Part shown: piece after piece, positions 1 through 12,113 of the stretch
Layout: each line of letters opens with the position of its first letter
How positions within the stretch are numbered: the first letter of the stretch is position 1
Assembly: GCF_001194135.2 (NCBI RefSeq)
Contig: NC_068997.1
Coordinates: 12,608,067-12,647,089 of the forward strand
Length of the DNA stretch: 39,023 bases
Direction: 5' to 3'
Origin: Octopus bimaculoides
Lineage: Eukaryota
Translations under genes and position numbers: made by a program
The notes under the pieces: model-generated
What the model saw: the letters and a program-made list of their open reading frames with translations, nothing else
Databases searched by the model: none
What the model was told of the DNA's origin: nothing

Positions 1-1706
1 TCTCTCTCCTTTCCTCCCCCTCCTCCCTCAGTTTCTGTCACTTATTTTCTACTTCTGTCTGTTTACCCTTCTCTTCTGATGGTTCTTCTTCTTTTCTTCT
101 TTATCCTCTTCCTTCCTTCCCATCCCAAATATCTTTACACGCGCGCGCGCGCATACATGGTCACACACATGCATATGTATCCATGCATAACATATAGTTT
201 TACGTATGTGTATTCCAGTGTGTGTGTGTGAGTGCTTGTGTGTTTGTGTGTGTTTCTCCGAAGAAAAACCTTGCTTAATTGTGTTAAATGCATTATGTGG
301 CTATTATGTTTCGTGTATAATTATATGCAAATTCATAGGGATATACATACAAACACACACACAGGTGATAAGCTTCTGCACACTTTCCCAACACCAAACT
401 CACTCCCAAGGTGGTCGAGGACTGCATTAGATAACAGTCGCCCATTGTGCCGAATAATGGGGCTGAATTGAAACTCTTCTAACCAGGAAGCGCATTGCTT
501 AACTATGTATATATATGTATACGTATGTACATGTGTGTTATTCTGTACATATGTGTGTATGTATACACACACACACGCACGGAGATGCCCACACAGACAC
601 ACACACATATATATATGTACTTATATATATAAAATTTAGATGCAAACTTACAAGTACATACACACACACACACACATTTATAATGTATGCCTTTTTTTCT
701 CCCACTTTTATTGTAGCCAGCAGACCAATGAAATCTATAATTTTAGGCTATTTAGCTTTCTCTCAAATAATTTGAAAGATTTTCCTAATTCACTTTAGAC
801 AGTTTCATGTTTCTTTGATATTTCAACTATTTTCCATATTAAGATCGTTGTCTTTGAAATACTGCTCTGCATTCCTTCCTAGTAATAGTCAATCTTTCAC
901 AATTTTTGTAGTCATCTATGAACGACTAGTATTTGTCATTTGGAAAATTTGGTGACCTGATCATGTCCACTACATATTCTTCATTCAGTTCATGTTCTGC
1001 AAACAATTCTTCAGTTTCTCCAACAACACAATCATCCGCCCCTTCACCTCATACTGAACGGCCAGTGCTGATTTCTGCCTATGTTTAAATATTTCTTTTG
1101 TCAGCAACACTTCCATTCATAACTACTCCAGGCAAAATGGCCCTCCAATATGTATTTAAGACGGTTTTCTTAATTTTACGATTTGCTATCGTAATTATCT
1201 TTACGCTATGCAGAATATTAATTTTTTCCCCATACTTACGAAACCGTAATCTGGTTTTCTTCCATACCATTCAGTATTTCTTTTTGTACAAGTGTTTAAC
1301 ATAATTTGTCTTAAAATTACAAATTATAACTTGATCTAATGGCCGGATAAGTGGCGCGGTAATGGGTGTTTGGAGAAGAACTTTAACGTTAGGGCGTTCT
1401 AAATTACAGGGATGTGATGGAACATTATCAATTAGTTATAAAATTTTGAAATCATTATTATTTTCTTTTGTATGAATTTCAGCTTCAGGAACAAAGTTTT
1501 GATAAAGCCAGTTTTCGAATATTCCAGTAGTCACCGGGATTGTTTTTTTTTTATCAATTTTTTTTTTATTTGTACGCCAATGAACAGTGAGAGCATTTTT
1601 ATTCAATCATCTTTTGCACACGAATTAAGAGCATTATTAATTAATAATGACTCCATGAAACAGTCACTTAATACATTACTGTATAAGAATAGTGTTCTTC
1701 TAGAAG

Positions 1707-1904
1707 GCGGCGTGGCAGAAACGTTAGCACACCGGACGAAATGCTTAGCGGTATTTCGTCTGAATTTACGTACTGAGTTCAAATTTCGCTGATGTCGACT
1801 TCGTCTTTTATCCTTTCGGGGTCGGTTAATTAAGCACCAGTAGCGTACTGGTCCCCTCCCCAAAAGTTGCGGGCCTTGTGCCTAGAGTAGGAAAAAAAAA
1901 GAAT
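1707..1904 (+). mobile_element. tRNA-derived SINE, family A (near full length, small internal deletion)
   Basis: Head aaggcggcgtggcagaaacgttagc (A-box-like) and gagttcaaattt (B-box-like), body cctttcggggtcg, tail gggccttgtgcctagagtaggaaaa. Homologous to copies at 8354, 14592 and 32540. Confidence 0.85.
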
Positions 1905-2062
1905 ATTTACGCACTGGGGTCGATGTAATCGACTTGATCTCTTTGTCTGNNNNNNNNNNNNNNNNNNNNNNNNNNNNNNNNNNNNNNNNNNNNNNNNNNN
2001 NNNNNNNNNNNNNNNNNNNNNNNNNNNNNNNNNNNNNNNNNNNNNNNNNNNNNNNNNNNNNN

Positions 2063-2190
2063 GGTCGACTTTCTCGTTCATCCTTTCGGGAGTTGATAGA
2101 TTAAGTACTAGTTGTGTACTAGGATCGATCTAATCGACTGGCCCCCTCCCCCCAAAATTTCGGGCCTTGTGCCTAGAATAGAAAACAATA
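2063..2190 (+). mobile_element. SINE family A, 3' half (5' part lost in gap)
   Basis: ggtcgactttc...gatcgatctaatcgactggccccctcc...gggccttgtgcctagaatagaaaa matches the 3' half of the other family A copies. Confidence 0.85.
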
Positions 2191-2199
2191 CTGTTCTTT

Positions 2200-2960
2200 T
2201 AGATTCACTGGATCTGTAAATATGGTCTTCTAGTTTTGATTTACATTAAATATCTGTTTTAAAGAATAAGTAACTTATTCTAGTATTTTAGCCAATGGTG
2301 GTACACATATTTCAGTAGTTTTCTTATCTCTTGGTCTATTTTTGCCATGCAAGTTTACAGGAAGGTTCGTTTTAAAAGTTATTAAGCCATCTCTTCTCAA
2401 CTACAGGGAACATCAGCTGGAAGTTAATTAGATGTTGCATGTATGATGTTTATTTAATAAAAGAATTCTTAATATCCCTTTTGTTATATAGTAAACATAT
2501 TCCTAGACAATTTGTTTTATTCAAAATATTAAAGCTCTTTTCATTGCTTACATGATATTGTATATGTACGAGATATTAACAACTTACCGAATATTTCTGC
2601 AATTATATTGGTGTTAAGGATTTATTTGTTCCTATTAACTACTCCAGCAGCTGCTTCTTTTGTATCAAAACTGTTTCACTGTCTCTTTCGAACCTTTTTA
2701 TTTTGATTTAACGTTAAATCTTGATTTCTAAAGAAAATATGTTTCAACATTCTTATCGGGCTTTGGTTTGGCATTTACAAACTGTTATTCAACCTGGACA
2801 AAATTTAAAGTCAATGAACTATCAGAAACAAGTCTTTTGGCAAGTATCCACCATCTCAAAAACTGGACTGATCTGGAAATAAGTGATAGGATTTTTAGAT
2901 TAAGTACACTCAAAATACCTTAAAATGTTAATTTCGTTCAGAAGTTCCTTCTTGGTAAAT
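2200..2960 (-). mobile_element. Heavily decayed coding remnant, possibly a Penelope-like element C-terminus (GIY-YIG region)
   Basis: Manual minus-strand translation across stops gives RTYTISCKQ*KEL*YFE*NKLSRNMFTI ... ILRILLLNKHH, loosely resembling the PLE pattern IY.I.C..C...YIG.T...L..R...H. Recalled similarity only. Confidence 0.3.
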
Positions 2961-4810
2961 TAGCAATATATATATATATATATANNNNNNNNNNNNNNNN
3001 NNNNNNNNNNNNNNNNNNNNNNNNNNNNNNNNNNNNNNNNNNNNNNNNNNNNNNNNNNNNNNNNNNNNNNNNNNNNNNNNNNNNNNNNNNNNNNNNNNNN
3101 NNNNNNNNNNNNNNNNNNNNNNNNNNNNNNNNNNNNNNNNNNNNNNNNNNNNNNNNNNNNNNNNNNNNNNNNNNNNNNNNNNNNNNNNNNNNNNNNNNNN
3201 NNNNNNNNNNNNNNNNNNNNNNNNNNNNNNNNNNNNNNNNNNNNNNNNNNNNNNNNNNNNNNNNNNNNNNNNNNNNNNNNNNNNNNNNNNNNNNNNNNNN
3301 NNNNNNNNNNNNNNNNNNNNNNNNNNNNNNNNNNNNNNNNNNNNNNNNNNNNNNNNNNNNNNNNNNNNNNNNNNNNNNNNNNNNNNNNNNNNNNNNNNNN
3401 NNNNNNNNNNNNNNNNNNNNNNNNNNNNNNNNNNNNNNNNNNNNNNNNNNNNNNNNNNNNNNNNNNNNNNNNNNNNNNNNNNNNNNNNNNNNNNNNNNNN
3501 NNNNNNNNNNNNNNNNNNNNNNNNNNNNNNNNNNNNNNNNNNNNNNNNNNNNNNNNNNNNNNNNNNNNNNNNNNNNNNNNNNNNNNNNNNNNNNNNNNNN
3601 NNNNNNNNNNNNNNNNNNNNNNNNNNNNNNNNNNNNNNNNNNNNNNNNNNNNNNNNNNNNNNNNNNNNNNNNNNNNNNNNNNNNNNNNNNNNNNNNNNNN
3701 NNNNNNNNNNNNNNNNNNNNNNNNNNNNNNNNNNNNNNNNNNNNNNNNNNNNNNNNNNNNNNNNNNNNNNNNNNNNNNNNNNNNNNNNNNNNNNNNNNNA
3801 TATATATATATATATATATACATACATATACACATGCAAAAATATCTATCTATCTATCTATCTTGGTAGCCAGCTGTCTGTCTGTCTATCTGTCTCACTC
3901 TCTCTCTCTCTCTCACACACACACACGCACACACACACACATATATATATATATACGTACAGGCATAAATAGACGCGTATATATGTGTGTGTCTGGTTTT
4001 ATATATATATGTGTGTGTGTTTGAGTGTGTGTGTATGTGTACACATATATAACTACGTATATATGCGTGTATGCGTGTACTTTTCAGTGATACCATTTGT
4101 TTACCATTACAGACAACTTATGTAAACTAAACAATTCTTTGATCACTAAGTACCAATTTCATTCCAATTTTTCTATTGTCTATTTTGCCATGATTATTTC
4201 TGTGTCTTTGACTTCCTTCCTTCCTTATATATATATANNNNNNNNNNNNNNNNNNNNNNNNNNNNNNNNNNNNNNNNNNNNNNNNNNNNNNNNNNNNNNN
4301 NNNNNNNNNNNNNNNNNNNNNNNNNNNNNNNNNNNNNNNNNNNNNNNNNNNNNNNNNNNNNNNNNNNNNNNNNNNNNNNNNNNNNNNNNNNNNNNNNNNN
4401 NNNNNNNNNNNNNNNNNNNNNNNNNNNNNNNNNNNNNNNNNNNNNNNNNNNNNNNNNNNNNNNNNNNNNNNNNNNNNNNNNNNNNNNNNNNNNNNNNNNN
4501 NNNNNNNNNNNNNNNNNNNNNNNNNNNNNNNNNNNNNNNNNNNNNNNNNNNNNNNNNNNNNNNNNNNNNNNNNNNNNNNNNNNNNNNNNNNNNNNNNNNN
4601 NNNNNNNNNNNNNNNNNATATATATATATATATATATACTCATATATTCCTGTATAGATAGAGGTGTATAGAAATATACATCCCATACACACATGCCCAT
4701 ACACACATATTTATATGTATAGAGGTATGTGCGTGAATATTTGTCTATCTAGCGTGTATATATACATATGGATGTATATTGGTATATTTATTCATTGCAT
4801 ATATGTAAGT

Positions 4811-4904
<94 letters not shown>

Positions 4905-5018
4905 GAAGCGTGCGTGGTTAGTTTTCGTTTTCCTATGTTTCACAGATGTGTACTTATGTGAAACGTGTTTGTGTTTGTCTACGTGCACTCTACATTATCT
5001 ATCTATCTATCTATCTAT

Positions 5019-5336
5019 CTGGCACAAACGTTAGCACCCAGACACTCTGAAACGTACGTTCGTATTGGCGCTTCCGGCGCGAATGCCAAGTACTACATAT
5101 TTCGTTTCCAAATGTCTGGCAGAGTGAATTGCGTCATGCTGGTGTTTTTCTCACAGACCGTGCCCAACTGACCCTACTATATGCTGAGCGGTATTTCGTC
5201 TGTTTTTACGTTCTGAGTTCAAATTCCGCTGAGGTCAGGATCGGTAAATAAAGTACCAGTTGGTTACTGGGGTCGATCTGATCAACTGGGCCCCTCCCCG
5301 TAAAATTTCGGGCCTTGTGCCTAGAGTAGAAAAGAA
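5019..5336 (+). mobile_element. SINE family A interrupted by a 147-bp transposon fragment
   Basis: ctggcacaaacgttagcac | insert 5035-5181 | atgctgagcggtatttcgtc...gagttcaaattcc...gggccttgtgcctagagtagaaaagaa. Confidence 0.8.
5035..5181 (-). mobile_element. Copy of the maT transposon 5' segment (transposase start region)
   Basis: About 96% identical (6 differences in 147 bp, counted by eye) to 6516-6662. Confidence 0.85.
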
Positions 5337-5860
5337 GGCAAGCTAACAAGGAATAGCGCACCGGAAAAAAATGCATAGCGTCGTTTTGTTGGTCTCTCAT
5401 TCAACTGTGCCCCACGCATAATAATCAAAAATGTTGCAGTCTGGGGAGTTATGAGGCCAGATGTTAGGGGCGGTGTGGTCGCAGAAATTGTCTGACAGCC
5501 ATGANNNNNNNNNNNNNNNNNNNNNNNNNNNNNNNNNNNNNNNNNNNNNNNNNNNNNNNNNNNNNNNNNNNNNNNNNNNNNNNNNNNNNNNNNNNNNNNN
5601 NNNNNNNNNNNNNNNNNNNNNNNNNNNNNNNNNNNNNNNNNNNNNNNNNNNNNNNNNNNNNNNNNNNNNNNNNNNNNNNNNNNNNNNNNNNNNNNNNNNN
5701 NNNNNNNNNNNNNNNNNNNNNNNNNNNNNNNNNNNNNNNNNNNNNNNNNNNNNNNNNNNNNNNNNNNNNNNNNNNNNNNNNNNNNNNNNNNNNNNNNNNN
5801 NNNNNNNNNNNNNNNNNNNNNNNNNNNNNNNNNNNNNNNNNNNNNNNNNNNNNNNNNNNN

Positions 5861-6662
5861 GCGGTGAATAAACTGTCGTCTAAATTGCGCAAAAATGAAA
5901 ATAACATTGATATCTCATTTTAAAAGATATATTTATCAAAATTACATAAATATATCTTGAAATACTAAAGAGTAAATTTATTCAATAAAATCGCCATTGG
6001 TTTCAACCACGGCCTCCAAACGACTTCGGAATCTCCTGCAACTCTTCTGGACGGTCTCCTTGTTCAAGTTGGTGAATGCTGCCATAATCCTTGCCTTCAG
6101 TTCATCTTTGGTGTTACAAAGAGTTTTGTTGGTCTCTCATTCAACTGTGCCCCACGCATAATAATCAAAAATGTTGCAGTCTGGGGAGTTATGAGGCCAG
6201 ATGTTAGGGGCGGTGTGGTCGCAGAAATTGTCTGACAGCCATGACTGGGTTCTCCTGCTTGTGTGGCATGGTGCAGATTCCTGATGCCAGACATAGGGTC
6301 TTCCAGCAGTCACCTTCTTCACCAAGGGCAGCACTACCTCCTCCAGGCACTTGATGTAGTCTTCCAGGTTGAGTGTGAGGCAGTGAGGGAAGATGAATGG
6401 AGGCATAACGTCGCCATCACTAGTGATTACCCTAAACACCATGATGTTGACTGGATGTTTGATTTTTATCACGCTCGGAACATGTCCTCAGATTGCATTG
6501 TCCTCCTCAGACTGACACCCAAACACTCTGAAACGTACGTTCGTATTGGTGCTTCCGGCACGAATGCCAAGTACTACATATGTCGTTTCCAAATGTTTGG
6601 CAGAGTGAATTGCGTCATGCTGGTGTTTTTCTCACAGACGGTGCCCAACTGACCCTACTATA
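5861..6662 (-). mobile_element. Tc1/mariner superfamily transposon, maT/DD37D type, internally deleted and inactive
   Basis: ORF 6137-6472(-) contains WHQESAPCH...WPHNSPDCNIFDYY, with 37 residues between the second catalytic position (E in place of D) and the third D. Reading continues in frame past a TGA as ETNKTLCNTKDELKARIMAAF...LEAVVETNGDFIE* (stop at 5978-5980). A probable N-terminus MTQFTLPNIWKRH lies at about 6580-6620. A probable TIR (gcggtgaataaactgtcgtctaaa) runs into the gap at 5861. Confidence 0.85.
5978..6472 (-). pseudogene. DD37D transposase catalytic-domain pseudogene
   Basis: Premature TGA at 6137-6139 (probably CGA>TGA), D>E at the QDSAP motif, and the N-terminal half is largely deleted. 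Confidence 0.85.
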
Positions 6663-6824
6663 CTGTGTAGNNNNNNNNNNATATATATATATATATATAT
6701 ATATACACACGGTCTCGAGGACGTAAATTCACGACACCAGTTATTGTAAAACAGTTGTAAGGGACAAACTTATACATGCATACATACATACATATATACA
6801 TACATACATGCATACATACATACA

Positions 6825-6858
<34 letters not shown>

Positions 6859-7308
6859 CATATATGTGTGCGTGTGTGTGGGTGCGCGCGTGTGTGTATG
6901 TACATGAGTTAGTGGACAAACCAAAGATAAAGGCGCTCAACAGATTTAGCAGAAGTAGCATGTATTATTAATATTATTATTTAAAACGTATACACGGGTT
7001 AAAACTTAAAAAAAAAACAAAAACAGAAACAAACAAGAGAGAAAAAAAAAGACAAAACGCAATCCATTTTTTGAGGTATATAATTCATTTTCTTACGTTT
7101 AATTTTCATCTGTGTTCTGTTTATACATAAAATCTAACTGAATTAATTCTGTCCCACAAATCTTGAAGTAGTTTGGAGGAGGCGTTAATTGCATTTCAAT
7201 GTTTCCCTTTGAAATAGGATCTGATGTTCTGTACAAGAAATATACACATTGGCAAATGCATGCATTTCTCAAAATTTCTTACTTTCTGCTTTTTTTTCTG
7301 ACTTCTAC

Positions 7309-7358
<50 letters not shown>

Positions 7359-8270
7359 NNNNNNNNNNNNNNNNNNNNNNNNNNNNNNNNNNNNNNNNNN
7401 NNNNNNNNNNNNNNNNNNNNNNNNNNNNNNNNNNNNNNNNNNNNNNNNNNNNNNNNNNNNNNNNNNNNNNNNNNNNNNNNNNNNNNNNNNNNNNNNNNNN
7501 NNNNNNNNNNNNNNNNNNNNNNNNNNNNNNNNNNNNNNNNNNNNNNNNNNNNNNNNNNNNNNNNNNNNNNNNNNNNNNNNNNNNNNNNNNNNNNNNNNNN
7601 NNNNNNNNNNNNNNNNNNNNNNNNNNNNNNNNNNNNNNNNNNNNNNNNNNNNNNNNNNNNNNNNNNNNNNNNNNNNNNNNNNNNNNNNNNNNNNNNNNNN
7701 NNNNNNNNNNNNNNNNNNNNNNNNNNNNNNNNNNNNNNNNNNNNNNNNNNNNNNNNNNNNNNNNNNNNNNNNNNNNNNNNNNNNNNNNNNNNNNNNNNNN
7801 NNNNNNNNNNNNNNNNNNNNNNNNNNNNNNNNNNNNNNNNNNNNNNNNNNNNNNNNNNNNNNNNNNNNNNNNNNNNNNNNNNNNNNNNNNNNNNNNNNNN
7901 NNNNNNNNNNNNNNNNNNNNNNNNNNNNNNNNNNNNNNNNNNNNNNNNNNNNNNNNNNNNNNNNNNNNNNNNNNNNNNNNNNNNNNNNNNNNNNNNNNNN
8001 NNNNNNNNNNNNNNNNNNNNNNNNNNNNNNNNNNNNNNNNNNNNNNNNNNNNNNNNNNNNNNNNNNNNNNNNNNNNNNNNNNNNNNNNNNNNNNNNNNNN
8101 NNNNNNNNNNNNNNNNNNNNNNNNNNNNNNAAAAAAAAAAAAAAAAAACAAATATAGAAATTAAACTCTGTATCACAAAAAAATCCCACAAACAAAACAT
8201 GTCAAACGCGTAGTGATACACATGTGCACTTATTACTGCTCCAGGATATAACTTGAAGGAATGTCTAAAT

Positions 8271-8289
8271 TTATTATTATTATTTTTAT

Positions 8290-8353
<64 letters not shown>
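8271..8353. repeat. (TTA)n/(CTA)n microsatellite
   Basis: Direct reading. Produces the poly-Leu ORF 8253-8486. Confidence 0.95.
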
Positions 8354-8354
<1 letters not shown>

Positions 8355-8572
8355 AGGCATCAAGCTGGCAGAATCGTTAGCACGCCGGGCGAAATGCTTA
8401 GCGGTATTTCATTTCGTCTGCCGCTACGTTCTGAGTTCAAATTCCGCCATGGTCGACTTTGCCTTGCATCCTTTCAGAATCGATAAGTTAAGTACCAGTG
8501 AAACACTGGGGTCGATGAAATCGACTAGTCCCCTCCACCCAAATGTCAGGCCTTGTGCTTATAGTAGAAAAG
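8354..8572 (+). mobile_element. SINE family A, full length
   Basis: aaggcatcaagctggcagaatcgttagcacgccgggcgaaatgcttagcgg...gagttcaaattccgcc...ggccttgtgcttatagtagaaaagg. Confidence 0.9.
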
Positions 8573-8611
8573 GATTATTATTATCATTATTTTTATTATA
8601 TTATTATCGTT

Positions 8612-8820
8612 AAGGCAGCGTGCTGGCAGAGCCATTAGCATGCCTGGCAAAATGTTTTGCGGCATTTCGTCCATCCATCTTTACGTTCTGAGTTCAAATT
8701 CCGCCGAGGTCGATTTTTGCGTTTCAACATTTCGAGGTTGATGAAATTAGTACTAGTCAAATATTGACGTAATCGACATATCTCCTGCAAATTTCTGGCC
8801 TTGTATCGATAATAGAAAGG
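8612..8820 (+). mobile_element. SINE family A, older diverged copy
   Basis: aaggcagcgtgctggcagagccattagc...gagttcaaattccgccgaggtcga...ggccttgtatcgataatagaaagg. Confidence 0.8.
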
Positions 8821-9267
8821 AACAACAACATTACTGAGACATCATCACTACAGCGAACCAGCTTCTACCATTAACATCACTACCACTACTACCATCAACC
8901 CGAACTGTTGTCAGCGTCGTCATCATCATATCCTCCTCCTCCTCATCATCATCATCAGGAGTGACAGTAGCAGGAGCAGCCCCTCCACCCACTTACTGCA
9001 GCTTGCACCACTCACGTCTTTTGAACTCTACTTCTTTACATTTAAGTTTTATTTTTTTTACTCTGTCAATTCTGATATTTAACTTGTTGCCTCGTTAATA
9101 TTCGCACAAGCCATCAGCGTGTGTGGCCATATAAGATATTCTAACCTCAAACGAAGTAGGGAGATAAAATGGAAAGTTAAACTTTGTGAAATAAACTGAC
9201 ATACTCTCAAATACACATACGTACATACACCATACACACATATACATAGATATAAACATACTTATAA

Positions 9268-9341
<74 letters not shown>

Positions 9342-9416
9342 ACATTTGTATTTTTATACATATATATCTATACAGGTATACACACACATATACATATATG
9401 TATACATATATGTCTG

Positions 9417-9454
<38 letters not shown>

Positions 9455-11989
9455 CATCTATCCATCCATCCATCCATCCATCTATCTATCAATCTGGTCA
9501 TCACGTCATATCTCAATCTGCACCTAATGTTTCTATCCTACACTTTTTTTTTATTCTTCTAAAAGACCCAGACAAGAATTACGCTCCAAACTCTCGCCCC
9601 ACCATAACCCCCACCAAACAAAGACAAGCTACGCTATGAAGACAATCAAGAAAAGCTAAACATCTACCCAAAGTGAGGTCGAAAATGTTTTTTTTTTACG
9701 CCGTATATACGTACGTACGTATGTAAGATTATTAATTGATGCTAAGAATTAAGAAACAATTACTGGGGTTGTGGAAAGAAAAAATATGGTTTGTTTGTCA
9801 TAAACCTGTCGTTGACTTTGAAATGTAATAATAAAGGTGAGGATAACGGACAAATGCAGTAAGAAAATAAATATATATTTGTCTCATTATTTCCTGTAAC
9901 TTGATCTCCGAATGCCTTCTGATCTCGGTTCGTTCTACAAACTATTGAAACTGGTATGGAGCCGAGGAGTCGAGCAGTTATTATATAATACACGCGACCT
10001 CTACCAAATGTGTTGAGCGCCATTTACTTTCGCTTGTCCACTCACTGGTGTATATATATATATATATATATACATACACACACACACACACGTATCTATA
10101 TACATGAAGAGAGATAGATAAAGAGAAATAAATTCTATGTAGATATTGTGTACGTGCATAAACATGTGTATATGTATATATATATATATGTCTATATTTA
10201 CACACGTATATTAAATATTATGTATACTCGCACACATACACACACATACACTAACGCGCACACACACATACACACACATACATATACATATATACACATA
10301 CAGATATACAGGCACAGCTGGTTTAGTCTTCCTTTGCGATGTATAAGATTTAAATTTTACTGAGACGAGTTAAATTGTAGAAATCTTTCAAATTTATTTT
10401 TTTTCATTGAAAATTGTTTTGTAATTTGACACAACAAACAACCAAATTAGACAAAAATACAAAAAAAAAAAGGAAATAATAAGAAAGTAAAACAGCAATT
10501 ATAAGAACAATAAAAGAACAGAGAGATAATTATTCGTGTTTTACAAAAGTCTGGCACAGGAAATAATTTATTCCGTACCCATCACTTTATATGCAATCTT
10601 GGCGCAGGAAACGTGTATCTAAACACCACATTGAATATATATATAAACAGTGAATGTGTATACACATATACATACATACATACATACATGCATACATATA
10701 TATATATATACATATAAGGTGTGTGTGCTTATATGTGTGCGCGTGTTTCCAATTACATATGTACATTAGTAGCACTTTAATTATAAAAAGACATATGTAC
10801 ATGTGCATGTATGTATGTATGTATATATGTATGCATGTATGTATGTATGTATGTATGTGTGTGTGTGTGTTTGTGTATATAAGCAACAGGAAAGCAAACA
10901 CATATATTTTCAGATATAAATGCATGAAGGTGATGAGCACGCGTGCATGTATGTGTCTATATGTACATGCACATACACACACACAGAGTCACCAATACTC
11001 ACACATATACCTAAAAACATGTTCACGTAGTAACATNNNNNNNNNNNNNNNNNNNNNNNNNNNNNNNNNNNNNNNNNNNNNNNNNNNNNNNNNNNNNNNN
11101 NNNNNNNNNNNNNNNNNNNNNNNNNNNNNNNNNNNNNNNNNNNNNNNNNNNNNNNNNNNNNNNNNNNNNNNNNNNNNNNNNNNNNNNNNNNNNNNNNNNN
11201 ATATATATATATATATACAGATGCACGCACACACGCAGACACACCCATTCAGTGCAGACAGATATGAAGACACAAATGTCGTATAAATTGTCGAAACTGA
11301 ACAGAAAATTTGGAAGTTCATTTGAAAATAAATCAAATGATACATAATAGGAAAGAAAAAGAAACAAAAGACTCCCCCAAATAAAGAAGAAAAACAAAAC
11401 AGAAAGAGAAATAAAAAAATAAATGAAAGCAAAAACATAATAAGAATGTGTAAATATTCATTTGCATTATAATTGTCTGTTTAGAAGAAGAGATAAACAT
11501 AATTATCAAAGACAGGCGAGGGCAAAGGCAAAAAATAAATACATAAATAAATAAATATATATATATATACATAGTAAAACTCAAAATACATCAGAAGACG
11601 AAAAAATATAAAGACTAAAAGAAAGGAAAAAAAAAAAAATTAAAACACAAGAAAAGCAAGGTTGTATGCAAAAATGCAAAAGAGCTATATTTAGTTGCGA
11701 AGAAATTGCAAAGAGGTTCAAATTCACTTTCTGCTAGAATAATTAAACGATCTCGTTCAGTATTTGAAGCTAATTAGCAATACGGAATTTTAGATGAATA
11801 AATTTACAAATAAATTTACTGAAATTTCAGTGGCAATTCCGTGACTTCGCCACAGATTGGAATCATTGGTTCACGTGCGTGTATGTGTGTGAATGTGTGT
11901 GTATGTGTGCTTGCGTGTATACCTACATACATATAAGTACAGGAATACATGGATCTATATATTTGTATGTATGTGTATATATATATATG

Positions 11990-12023
<34 letters not shown>

Positions 12024-12059
12024 TATACTTATGTGTGTGCGAATGTGTATATCTCTCGC

Positions 12060-12113
<54 letters not shown>

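Noticed and set aside
720-1300. Purine-biased, coding-like minus-strand stretch (YEVKGRMIVLLEKLKNCLQNMKLNEEYVVDMIRSPNF...)
   Set aside because: Probably a decayed retroelement, but it has multiple stops and no motif I can assign. A tBLASTx or Dfam search is needed.
5048-5060. GAA-ACGTACGT palindrome resembling a hammerhead helix III
   Set aside because: It lies inside the maT coding fragment and has no upstream CUGANGA or helix I.
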